From the NCBI GenBank assembly GCA_964373255.1, contig CAYJTG010000003.1:25759-89758 (forward strand): DNA of 64,000 nt, read 5' to 3'. Made by a program: the position numbers and the translations under genes. The DNA comes from an uncultured archaeon. Its GTDB lineage: Archaea > Aenigmatarchaeota > Aenigmatarchaeia > GW2011-AR5. Within the stretch, counting starts at the first letter, position 1, and each line of letters begins with the position of its first letter. Shown in pieces: positions 56,200 through 64,000 of this stretch. The notes beneath the pieces were generated by a model. It was not told the DNA's origin, searched no databases, and saw nothing but the letters and a program-made list of their open reading frames with translations.

Positions 56200-58929
56200 T
56201 TATTCAAGTACGACCTTCTTTCCCAATGAGCCGTGGAAGCTGATGAGGACCTCTCCGCCGCAGTCGCACAGGCCTCTTATAGGCGCGCGCCTGTAGCTAC
56301 GGTTGCACGATTTGCACACAAATTCGTCCCATCCGCCCAGTTCGCCGGCTGTATTTTCGTTCGTATCTTCGGTATGGTTGTATGCGATGTCGATGTCCTT
56401 TTTTGTGGTGCGCCTTTTTCCCAGCAGCAGGTCTCCTAAGCTTACCTGCCGTCCGTTTCCAAGCAGCTCTGACTTTTCGACGCCTACCGCAGAGAGAATT
56501 CTTTCTATCGGCGGAAACAGCTGGCTCTCGATATAGTAGTTCGAGTCGATTGGTATGTTGTGCTTCTCGGCGTACGCCGGGTCTTCTGCGCGCTTTGAAA
56601 GCATCAGGTTGCCCTTGATAATAACAAATCCTATCCGATCGCCGATCTTTGGCGCGTCGTATGGGTTTCTTGCCGCAAGCTTCCTTGCAAGCTCTATGTG
56701 CGGAAGAATGCCTTTGTAGCTGTCCAGCCCCTGTGTGATGCCCTTTATGATTGTCAGTTTTTCCATCGGTATCTCGTTCTTGCGCAGCTTGTTCAATATG
56801 CCCTTTATGTAATCTATTGCCTTCTGTACGTCCCCTTCCTTGAGTATTATGTTCAGCGTTGTCATCATCGTCTCGCTCACGAGGGCACACCAATCTCTTC
56901 GCACGGTCTCGATGCCGCGCATGTCTATCTCATCGGTCCACCCGTTATCTGTCTGTTCGAACTTCCAGCCGGCGTATCTCTTTTTTGACAGGATAAGAAA
57001 CGTCCTGTATATTTTCTCAAACTGCAGTTCCAGCTGGCCTGGCAGGTTTTCTGTGACGAATTCTGATATCTTTTTGCCAGTCTCTTTGGCCTCATCCAGA
57101 TTGGTCGTTTTTGTCTTGATGAACATGGAATCCGTGTCAGCGTACAGAACCTCAAGCCCAAATTCTTTTTCCACCAGATTTTTTGTCTTTTCCAGATTTT
57201 CGCGCCCGAAGGCTGTTATAGAGTTCGCAACGTCGATCATGTAAAGCCTTGCCCTCACGTATCCCGTATACCCGTAGAACGAGTTTGACATGTCCTTCAA
57301 TGCGAGCTGCTTGGCGTTGAGGATTCTTCTTTCTTCGCCGGTTTTTGTTTTCATGAGTCCTTTAATTTTGCTTCGCGTCTCGATAAGCCTTTCCAAAACA
57401 GAGGGAAATATTCCCTTGTATAAGTCTTGGTCCACGAAAAGTGTGCCGATCGGCGATTCGTGGTGCTTTAGATCTGCTGTCTCTGATGTAAGGACGCTGT
57501 CTGGCGAAATGTTGTACGTCCTCATGATGGAAGGGTAGAGGCTCTTGAAATCCAGGACTATGACGCACGTATCTGCGTGCAGGCCTTTATTTGGCTCCAG
57601 CACGGTGGCGCCCTTGAGCTCTTTTTCTTCTCGTTCTTTTGTGCGCCTGTAGAGCTCCTGCCTGGAGTGCGCCGATGACATGACAACATCCCTTTTCTTA
57701 AACTCGTGAAGAAGCATTGTCTCTATCCTTTTTGTCTGCCCACCGAAGGTATCCTGAAGAAGGACGCCTGATATCTTTGAAAGCTCAAAGAATTTGTTGA
57801 GCATTCCCTTTTCTATGAGCAGTTTCATCGACAGGTCCGCGTCCTTTCTCGAGTACTCAATGAATTTTACCATATTCTGCCTTGTGCTGTTCCAGAGCTC
57901 TGCCATCTCCGAGTACGCAACCCCGTGTTTTTCCTCGTCGAGGAGCTTCTTTGCTACTGTTCTTAGGTCGTAGCGGTGCAGCTTTACCCACGGGTCTCTT
58001 TTCAGTATCTGGTAGGGGTCAACAACAACGCGCCCGGCTACAATAAACTCCTGGGTTATGCCATAAGTTTTGGAAAATGCGTCCTTGTCACACCTTCCTA
58101 TTGACAAAGGCAGCTTGTTTTGCTTTAGCCTTTCGATTATGTAAGGCAGGTCAAATGAATTTATGTTGTAGCCTGTTATTATGTCGGGATCATAAGAATC
58201 GATAATGCACAGCAACTCTTCGAGCATCTCCTTTTCGTTTCTAAAGCCCCTTACGCCGTCGCCAAAAAATGGTTTCGCCACAAGAACTGTGGATTTTGAG
58301 CCCCTGAAGTCCGGCCTGAAAGAGAGCGATACCATAACGATTGGGTCGTGCCTCGCGTCAACGGGCTTTTTGTCGTCCGAAGGTATGCATTCAATATCAA
58401 GGGCCATATAGCTGAGTGGCGCGTTCTCCAGGCTCTCAACGGGGTTTATTTTGTCTGCCTTGTAAGCCGCGACCTTTGACCTCACTGTTTTTTGTTCGTG
58501 TGTGCCTTCGACCTCTACCCACTGCATGCCGTTAAGTCCGTGGTCTACCATGAACCTGTACTTGAACATGATATCCGCTTCGTACACGTCCTGTGCGATA
58601 CCTGTGGATATGAGCTTCTCCCTGACGTGCGGCACGTCCTGCGGGTTGAACAGCATGACCTTGAGCATCTTTGTTTTGCTCTTCTGATAGCCGAGCGGGA
58701 TGAATTTTTCTGTTGGCTCGATGTCTTTTATTTCTTTCATGCCCTCGACGGCCGTAATGGCTTTTCCTGCCGTCATTTTTTCGCTCAGCCTCATGTAGAA
58801 GTAGGGAGTTACCTTGTCGTAAAGTACACAGCACGGTGCCCCGTTTTCTGTGCGCCCAAATATTCTTATAATGGGCTTGTTAGTATTGACAAAATAGTCT
58901 ATGTCTAATATCTGCATTTTGAAAAGCAT
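56200..58929 (-). CDS. polB: Family-B DNA polymerase (PolB) with an intact 3'-5' exonuclease domain and a C-terminal Cys4 zinc-ribbon extension.
   Basis: Exo I 'LDIECIP', Exo II 'YNINSFDLPYI', Exo III 'YSRKDADL'. Pol motif A 'DFKSLYPSI', motif B 'KDMSNSFYGY', motif C 'YADTDS'. C-terminal 'CKSCNRSYRRAPIRGLCDCGG'. Start at the Met of MLFKMQILDIDY, preceded by a GGGGGT Shine-Dalgarno-like sequence. The ORF track extends 5' to 59037. Confidence 0.9.
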   Translation of the reverse strand: MLFKMQILDIDYFVNTNKPIIRIFGRTENGAPCCVLYDKVTPYFYMRLSEKMTAGKAITAVEGMKEIKDIEPTEKFIPLGYQKSKTKMLKVMLFNPQDVPHVREKLISTGIAQDVYEADIMFKYRFMVDHGLNGMQWVEVEGTHEQKTVRSKVAAYKADKINPVESLENAPLSYMALDIECIPSDDKKPVDARHDPIVMVSLSFRPDFRGSKSTVLVAKPFFGDGVRGFRNEKEMLEELLCIIDSYDPDIITGYNINSFDLPYIIERLKQNKLPLSIGRCDKDAFSKTYGITQEFIVAGRVVVDPYQILKRDPWVKLHRYDLRTVAKKLLDEEKHGVAYSEMAELWNSTRQNMVKFIEYSRKDADLSMKLLIEKGMLNKFFELSKISGVLLQDTFGGQTKRIETMLLHEFKKRDVVMSSAHSRQELYRRTKEREEKELKGATVLEPNKGLHADTCVIVLDFKSLYPSIMRTYNISPDSVLTSETADLKHHESPIGTLFVDQDLYKGIFPSVLERLIETRSKIKGLMKTKTGEERRILNAKQLALKDMSNSFYGYTGYVRARLYMIDVANSITAFGRENLEKTKNLVEKEFGLEVLYADTDSMFIKTKTTNLDEAKETGKKISEFVTENLPGQLELQFEKIYRTFLILSKKRYAGWKFEQTDNGWTDEIDMRGIETVRRDWCALVSETMMTTLNIILKEGDVQKAIDYIKGILNKLRKNEIPMEKLTIIKGITQGLDSYKGILPHIELARKLAARNPYDAPKIGDRIGFVIIKGNLMLSKRAEDPAYAEKHNIPIDSNYYIESQLFPPIERILSAVGVEKSELLGNGRQVSLGDLLLGKRRTTKKDIDIAYNHTEDTNENTAGELGGWDEFVCKSCNRSYRRAPIRGLCDCGGEVLISFHGSLGKKVVLE

Positions 58930-58981
58930 AATAATACCCCCGAATGAAACATTTCGTTTTATTTCATAATGTTCTTTACTA

Positions 58982-60115
58982 TTACTTTCCGAATATCTGG
59001 ACCTGCTTTGCATCCCTTGTTTCAAGGTCGATGACAACCGGCCGGAAGTCTGCGAGCATCGACCCTGATGTGGCTATTGTAACTGATTTGTAATTCGTGA
59101 CCTGTGACCCGCTGGCGTGGCCGAAGCACACGATGTCCGGGGTGTCTTCGAGCACAAAGTAATTTTCCTCTGATACCGCCTTTCCGTGGCCGAGGTAACG
59201 CTTTTTTAGCATGCTTAATTCAAATTCGTGTATGACGAGTATCTTTACCCCGTTTATCTCCAGAAACGCCGGATCGCTCAGTGATAATATTTTCCCCGTG
59301 CTGAACTGAACCGGCAGTCTTGGATAAGCGCCGCGTGTGTCCCGCTCGCCCGGGATAAATACAACCTCTTTTTCTCTGCAGTACCTGTCTACCATTCGTT
59401 CGAACGTGCCTATATCACCGACGTCGCCTGCCACAACAAGGTATTTTATATCTTCATTCTCAAACCATAAAAAGAATTTTTCTATTTCACCGATAGGCGC
59501 CTCATCGATCATCAGGTTAGAAACAAGGCACACTTTCCCCCAGCCGACAGTTGGCTGTCGCAGCGGTATGTCCGGCTGTATGACCTGCTTTCCGAACAGG
59601 ATGTTTTTTGATGAAATGGCCCTTATCGCAACGACGTCGTCTGTACCTATATCAGGCTTACCCTCAAAAATGATTGAGGCCGCCCCTGTGTTGTCTTCGA
59701 TATCGACGGTGGTCTTGTCGCCGTTGTCCCTTATGTCACGCACAATTCCTATAACGTAGGACTCATCGAGGTACGCGCCGACCTTGTTTATCGAGACGAA
59801 CGGTTTTCTTATTCTGCTTGTCAGTATTTCTCTGATTTTTTCGTACTTTGCCCTGTAAAAATTTGCAAAATCATCTGGTGTCAGCGTGGTTTTCGGCGCT
59901 GTCAGATTTTTGATTATTTTTATTTCGTCTTTTTTTGCTGCGCTTTCTCTGTGCGCAAAATCCGGCCTATCGAGTACGAGGTCTCCGCCAACCATGCCGC
60001 TGATTTGTTCGTCTGTTATCGTTGCTAACAAATCCGGTGTCAGAAGCTTGCCCTTGCTCAGCAGCTTTTTTACGATTTCCTCTTTCATGCTAAAGATACC
60101 GCCTTTATAGATCAA
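58982..60115 (-). CDS. DP1-like protein, homologous to the PolD small subunit / eukaryotic polymerase B-subunit. Its calcineurin-like phosphoesterase motifs look degenerate.
   Basis: 'FLWFENEDIKYLVVAGDVGDIG' matches the DP1 'YLxIAGDxVDG' block. The DxH position reads 'VSNLMID', the GNHD position reads 'IPGERD', and the GHxH position reads 'CFGHAS'. 377 aa. Confidence 0.55.
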   Translation of the reverse strand: MIYKGGIFSMKEEIVKKLLSKGKLLTPDLLATITDEQISGMVGGDLVLDRPDFAHRESAAKKDEIKIIKNLTAPKTTLTPDDFANFYRAKYEKIREILTSRIRKPFVSINKVGAYLDESYVIGIVRDIRDNGDKTTVDIEDNTGAASIIFEGKPDIGTDDVVAIRAISSKNILFGKQVIQPDIPLRQPTVGWGKVCLVSNLMIDEAPIGEIEKFFLWFENEDIKYLVVAGDVGDIGTFERMVDRYCREKEVVFIPGERDTRGAYPRLPVQFSTGKILSLSDPAFLEINGVKILVIHEFELSMLKKRYLGHGKAVSEENYFVLEDTPDIVCFGHASGSQVTNYKSVTIATSGSMLADFRPVVIDLETRDAKQVQIFGK

Positions 60116-60130
60116 AACGTCTCTTGATGA

Positions 60131-61390
60131 TTAGCTGAACTTGCCGTCAAGAAACTGCACTACCCTGTCAAAGGCACTTCCGGTAACCGATAAAACAATT
60201 TCCCTCGTTCTTCCATGACGACCGTTTGATACGACCTTCGTCGTTATTATGCTCAGCATGTCTAATTCGCCTATAAGATCGCTGACCCTGCGCTGTGTTA
60301 ACGGTTTCAGCCCGTTGCCATCACAGGTTGCCTTATACGCCTCGTATACGTCCCCTGTAAATATCCTTTTGTCGTTCCATCCTTTCTGGGTTTTCATTTT
60401 TTCTGTGACCTTGATGATTGCGTATAAAACTGCCTGAGAGTGTGTTGGCTGGGCTTTTATGCCTTCTGTTATGCGGTCCAGGTCCATTTTCTGCTCAGCC
60501 ATGTCAACGTGCTGCTCTTCAACGGCGCTGTGCCCCATTCGTTCGGCAACCTCGCCTGCCACGCGCAAGAGGTCTAGCGCCCTTCTTGCGTCACCGTGCT
60601 CCTGTGCAGCTATGGCAGCGCACTTGTTTATAACCGCCTCGTCAACAGCGCTTGGTATAAAGCCGTGTAACACCCTTTCTGTGAGTATGTCTTTAATCTG
60701 GGCTGCGTTGTACGGCCTGAACAAGATTTCTTCCTCAGACAGCGATGATCTGATGCGGAGGTCTAGGTTGTTCTGCAGTGAGAGGTCGTTGGTTATGCCG
60801 ACAACGGTTATGTAGCTGTTCTTGAGCTCGTGATTTATGCGTGTGAGGTTGTACAAAAACTCGTCCCCGATCTTCTTCACCAAGGTGTCGACCTCATCCA
60901 GAACAAGAATAATTGTGCTATTCATACGTTCAACCCTGTCAAAAAATTTTCTGTAAAGCACGTTTGTCGGCAGGCCTGTATCAGGGACGTGTTCACCAAG
61001 CTCTTTCAGCAGCTGTGCGACAAGCCTGTATTCTGTGTCTGCCACCTTCTTCATCTTACAGTTTATGTAGACAACGCGGAGCTTTGGGCTGTTTGCCATA
61101 GAAATGAGCTGGCTTGCGACAAATTTCATGGTTATTGTCTTTCCGGTACCGCACGTGCCGTAAATAAATATGTTGTTTGGCCGGTAGCCCTTCAGCACCG
61201 GCGCGAGGACCGAGCTTATCTGTCCTATTTCGTTGTCACGGTGTGTGATCTTCTCAGGAATAAACAGCGATGTCAAATAGTTCTTGTCCCTAAAGATGTT
61301 GCCCTTATGTATGTATTGAGAAAATATGTTGCTACTAATGCTTGTCTTTTGGACCAGTCTTGACACTACCAACACCCCACCAGAAATCAT
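60131..61390 (-). CDS. orc1: Orc1/Cdc6 replication initiator, an AAA+ ATPase with a C-terminal winged helix.
   Basis: Walker A 'GTCGTGKT', Walker B 'ILVLDEVD', sensor motifs. 419 aa. Confidence 0.9.
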   Translation of the reverse strand: MISGGVLVVSRLVQKTSISSNIFSQYIHKGNIFRDKNYLTSLFIPEKITHRDNEIGQISSVLAPVLKGYRPNNIFIYGTCGTGKTITMKFVASQLISMANSPKLRVVYINCKMKKVADTEYRLVAQLLKELGEHVPDTGLPTNVLYRKFFDRVERMNSTIILVLDEVDTLVKKIGDEFLYNLTRINHELKNSYITVVGITNDLSLQNNLDLRIRSSLSEEEILFRPYNAAQIKDILTERVLHGFIPSAVDEAVINKCAAIAAQEHGDARRALDLLRVAGEVAERMGHSAVEEQHVDMAEQKMDLDRITEGIKAQPTHSQAVLYAIIKVTEKMKTQKGWNDKRIFTGDVYEAYKATCDGNGLKPLTQRRVSDLIGELDMLSIITTKVVSNGRHGRTREIVLSVTGSAFDRVVQFLDGKFS

Positions 61391-61800
61391 TACATTATGA
61401 CAACCACGCCAAACAGTAATGATTCAACCACAATATAAGTAAAAACAACCCAAAGTAATTACACCATTATTTCTCTTGGAGGATATATAAACATATCTCT
61501 ACTGGAAATCAACGTTACTGAAAATATAGTTTCAAAACAAGACAGCTCCCCTATATTTCTTGTGGAACTTTTAAACAAACAATTACATAAATAACACTGT
61601 TATAAGAAAGAAAGGGTACGTTTTGTGTTTCTTTTCTTCAAAACTTGTTCTCACCACTAGTCGTTCATTAGAAATAATGGGGTCTGCTATACAGAAATGC
61701 GTATAAATTGCGTGATACCGTACTAATTCCCGATAAAACCAATAATAATCCAACAACACAATAACAGACCAAACCAATTTGTTCTTGCTTATTCCACAAT
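61391..61800. promoter_or_regulatory. Candidate replication origin (oriC): an AT-rich intergenic region next to orc1 carrying ORB-like TCTnnTGGA repeats.
   Basis: Direct repeats TCTCTTGGAGG (~61472), TCTACTGGAAA (~61498) and TCTTGTGGAAC (~61558). An inverted copy ATTCCACAAT (~61791) lies across an AT-rich stretch (61570-61790). The arrangement sits directly upstream of orc1. Confidence 0.4.
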
Positions 61801-62202
61801 TTCGAACTTGAAACCATAGTTGATTACCCCAGCGGCCCCGTCTTCGTATAACTTCCTGAAGACCATCCTTACAGGCTTTCCAATAACTATATTTTTATGA
61901 TCACCCACAATATGGCTGCTTACAACAGGCCCCTCGTCCAGTTGCACAAGGGCCATGGCATACGGGACATGTTTTTCAAAGCCCTCTGGCGCAGTATGGA
62001 TGACTGTGTAGGATAAAATCTTACCGCTGCCAGAAAACTGAAACTTCTCAATTTCCTCATGGCCGCAGCCCATGCAAACCGACCTTGGCGGAAAATGCGT
62101 CTGGTTGCACGATTTGCACCGTGTGCCTACCAATGCATATCTATGCTTCGCCAGTCTCCACGACATTGCAACAGATCCACTGTGTGACATGATTATCAAC
62201 AA
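61789..62202 (-). CDS. DUF35 Zn-ribbon / OB-fold protein, the scaffold partner of archaeal thiolase and HMG-CoA synthase.
   Basis: 'CKSCNQTHFPPRSVCMGCG' rubredoxin-like ribbon followed by an OB-fold region. 137 aa. Confidence 0.8.
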   Translation of the reverse strand: MLIIMSHSGSVAMSWRLAKHRYALVGTRCKSCNQTHFPPRSVCMGCGHEEIEKFQFSGSGKILSYTVIHTAPEGFEKHVPYAMALVQLDEGPVVSSHIVGDHKNIVIGKPVRMVFRKLYEDGAAGVINYGFKFEIVE

Positions 62203-62477
62203 AACTTTGGAGAACGCCCAGCATAGATTTCCGTTTCATTTATCGGGTACATTAAAAGGTTTTTTCTAATATTAGGATTTTTGCTAGGCACACACGCATA
62301 AATTACACCTTCTACAAATTTGTGGTAAAAATAGCGTATTTTTGAGGTATGTCCGCCCCACTTTACAGTTACAATACTATCAGACTCTAAGTGCCTACCA
62401 TTACTATCTGGCGAACCCCAATGTCCAAAGGGTGGCCATCCATTAAATCTGTATTTCCATGTATAATTACCAATCAT
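62196..62477 (-). CDS. Hypothetical Trp-rich small protein, 93 aa, lying between the thiolase and DUF35 genes.
   Basis: The ORF fills the whole gap. It has no recognised motifs. Coding status is uncertain. Confidence 0.25.
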   Translation of the reverse strand: MIGNYTWKYRFNGWPPFGHWGSPDSNGRHLESDSIVTVKWGGHTSKIRYFYHKFVEGVIYACVPSKNPNIRKNLLMYPINETEIYAGRSPKFC

Positions 62478-62480
62478 ATC

Positions 62481-63650
62481 CTACACCTTCCTCGGTTCCT
62501 TTCCGAAAATATTTACTACAGCCGTCGCGCCAGAGCCGCCAATGTTCAGGTTCAGCCCGATTTCTGCCCCATTGATTGGGTTGAAGCACTCGCCACGCAG
62601 CAACTTTGCTATTTCAACGACCTGCCTGACGCCTGTTGCGCCGACAGGATGCCCGCAGACCTTCAGGCCACCGCACGTATTTGTTGGAATATCACCATTA
62701 ATATCTATAGCACCATTTTCAACAAACCTGCCACCTTTACCCTTTTCGACAAAGCCCAAGTCTTCCATCGCGATTATTTCATTTATGGTAAAGCAGTCGT
62801 GAACCTCTGTTGCGTCGATCTTGTTGTGATCAAAATTAGCCATTTCAAACGCCTGCTTTGCGGCAGCTTTTGTCGCCAGCAGTTCTGTGTAAGACTTCCT
62901 GTCATGCAGCGCAATAGAATCGCTGCCCTGGCCAGTACCAAGAACATAAATCGGCTGAACATCCAAATTCTTCGCTACATTTTCACTTGTAAGCACAACA
63001 GCAGCTGCGCCGTCCGTTATAGGCGAACAATCATACAACCTTAACGGATCAGCAATCATCATTGACGTAAGCGCGTCCTCAAGCGTAATAGCCATCTGGA
63101 ACTGTGCAAGCTTGTTTTTCAGCCCGTTTCTGTGGTTTGTCACGGCTACAGATGCAAGCTGTTCAGATGTTGTGCCGAACTCGTGCATATGCCTTCTTGC
63201 CATCAGTGCATACAGTCCGGCAAACGTTAATCCAATCGCTGCCTCCCATTCCTGGTCGCCTGCAGCTGCAAGCGTTGTTAATGCCCCAGATCCATGTACG
63301 TCAGTCATCTTCTCGACGCCGACAACAAGCGCAGCGTCTATATGACCAGAAGCAACAGCAAAATAAGCGTCACGAAACGCCACCGAGCCAGAAGCGCAGG
63401 CAGCCTCACAGCGCGTTGCAGGAATGTTACCAAGGCCGAGATTATCAGCAATAAGCGCGCCAAGATGTTCCTGGCCGACAAACCGGCCGGCTGACATGTT
63501 GCCGACGTACAGGCTCTGTATTTTTCCTTTTTCAATTTTCGCATCCCTTATCGCGCCAAGCCCTGCTTCTACGCCCAAATCACGCAGCGATTTATCCCAC
63601 AGCTCGCCGAATTTAGTCTGGCTTGCGCCGACAACAGCAACGTTTCTCAT
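62481..63650 (-). CDS. Archaeal-type thiolase (acetyl-CoA C-acetyltransferase).
   Basis: 'VAVVGASQTKFG'. Active-site Cys in 'CEAACASGSVA'. C-terminal 'NTCGGLKVCGHPVGATG'. Confidence 0.85.
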   Translation of the reverse strand: MRNVAVVGASQTKFGELWDKSLRDLGVEAGLGAIRDAKIEKGKIQSLYVGNMSAGRFVGQEHLGALIADNLGLGNIPATRCEAACASGSVAFRDAYFAVASGHIDAALVVGVEKMTDVHGSGALTTLAAAGDQEWEAAIGLTFAGLYALMARRHMHEFGTTSEQLASVAVTNHRNGLKNKLAQFQMAITLEDALTSMMIADPLRLYDCSPITDGAAAVVLTSENVAKNLDVQPIYVLGTGQGSDSIALHDRKSYTELLATKAAAKQAFEMANFDHNKIDATEVHDCFTINEIIAMEDLGFVEKGKGGRFVENGAIDINGDIPTNTCGGLKVCGHPVGATGVRQVVEIAKLLRGECFNPINGAEIGLNLNIGGSGATAVVNIFGKEPRKV

Positions 63651-63970
63651 TGAGTAACACCCTGTTTATTTTTAACCCCTTTTTTCACTCTTTTGAACCT
63701 CCTGACAAGCCCGTAAGGATCGTTTAATCCAAACACATCAATCAATACTATATCCGGGTTGATTTCAGAACACTGGCGTAGAGCGGCTTCCTCGTCGGTA
63801 TACAATGAAAACGAACGGCAGTGTTCTACAAAATATTCTGCTAAAGGCTGTGCGCAGCCAGTTCTTTTTGTTATAGCAAGTACAGTACTTTTTTCGTAGT
63901 CCTCTTCAACAGTTATAAACCCCCTCCCACGCTGTCCAGTTTTTACGTCTTTTTGTGTTGTAACATACAT
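63647..63970 (-). CDS. ORF upstream of the thiolase, probably partial at the window edge. It might be the 3' end of HMG-CoA synthase, but this is unconfirmed.
   Basis: Overlaps the thiolase start by 4 nt. The window ends at 64000. I recognise no diagnostic motif. Confidence 0.25.
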   Translation of the reverse strand: MYVTTQKDVKTGQRGRGFITVEEDYEKSTVLAITKRTGCAQPLAEYFVEHCRSFSLYTDEEAALRQCSEINPDIVLIDVFGLNDPYGLVRRFKRVKKGVKNKQGVTQ

Positions 63971-64000
63971 TGGGTTACAAAACTTATCTACGTAAATAAC

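Noticed and set aside
56297-56893. 198-aa Arg/His-rich ORF, together with several 60-100-aa ORFs on both strands inside polB.
   Set aside because: They are antisense or overlapping frames within a well-supported PolB gene. Basic low-complexity sequence and no motifs.
62391-63044. 217-aa ORF on the plus strand.
   Set aside because: It overlaps the thiolase gene on the opposite strand. The thiolase has unmistakable active-site motifs and this ORF has none.

Overview
The gene content, as far as I can recognise it, is archaeal and euryarchaeote-like: RadB, a VAT/Cdc48 ATPase, Lhr helicase with its metallophosphoesterase partner, NAC-alpha, Orc1/Cdc6, and a thiolase with a DUF35 Zn-ribbon partner. 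GC is roughly 40%.

The window holds three blocks.

1. Housekeeping and pyrimidine genes (1-14 kb): an AsnA-like protein, radB, a DnaQ-like exonuclease, cdc48, a GuaA-A-like amidotransferase that lacks its catalytic Cys, MetAP, a pyrD-like gene, pyrF, pyrE, and the Lhr-MPE pair.

2. A surface-glycosylation island of about 35 kb (14.2-50.8 kb). It contains:
- an N-x-S/T-rich surface protein with a lamin-tail domain;
- a complete GDP-D-glycero-alpha-D-manno-heptose pathway (GHMP heptose kinase, GmhA, and a fused GmhB-nucleotidyltransferase);
- a UDP-glucose dehydrogenase / UDP-xylose synthase branch;
- a deoxy-sugar branch with a Gmd-like and a GMER-like enzyme;
- 12 glycosyltransferases (5 GT2, 5 GT4, 2 GT-C enzymes of the PMT/ArnT type);
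- 5 methyltransferases;
- a Wzx-type flippase;
- an AglB/STT3 oligosaccharyltransferase split by a frameshift into two ORFs;
- a geranylgeranyl-reductase paralog.

3. secF-secD, NAC-alpha, a TctA-like permease, a truncated histone-fold protein, and a replication module read on the minus strand. The module runs Orc1/Cdc6, then a DP1-like polymerase B-subunit whose phosphoesterase motifs look degenerate, then a family-B DNA polymerase with a C-terminal Cys4 zinc ribbon. Next to it lie an AT-rich candidate oriC with ORB-like repeats and a thiolase/DUF35 mevalonate-entry operon.

Non-coding highlights:
- A MITE-like element with 12-bp terminal inverted repeats and 6-7 bp target-site duplications, present in two copies of about 197 and 120 bp.
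- Two further intergenic elements that share the same unusual architecture: an outer inverted repeat enclosing two perfect hairpins with 4-nt loops.

I found no rRNA, tRNA or CRISPR array. Coordinates that I derived by hand may be off by 1-2 nt.
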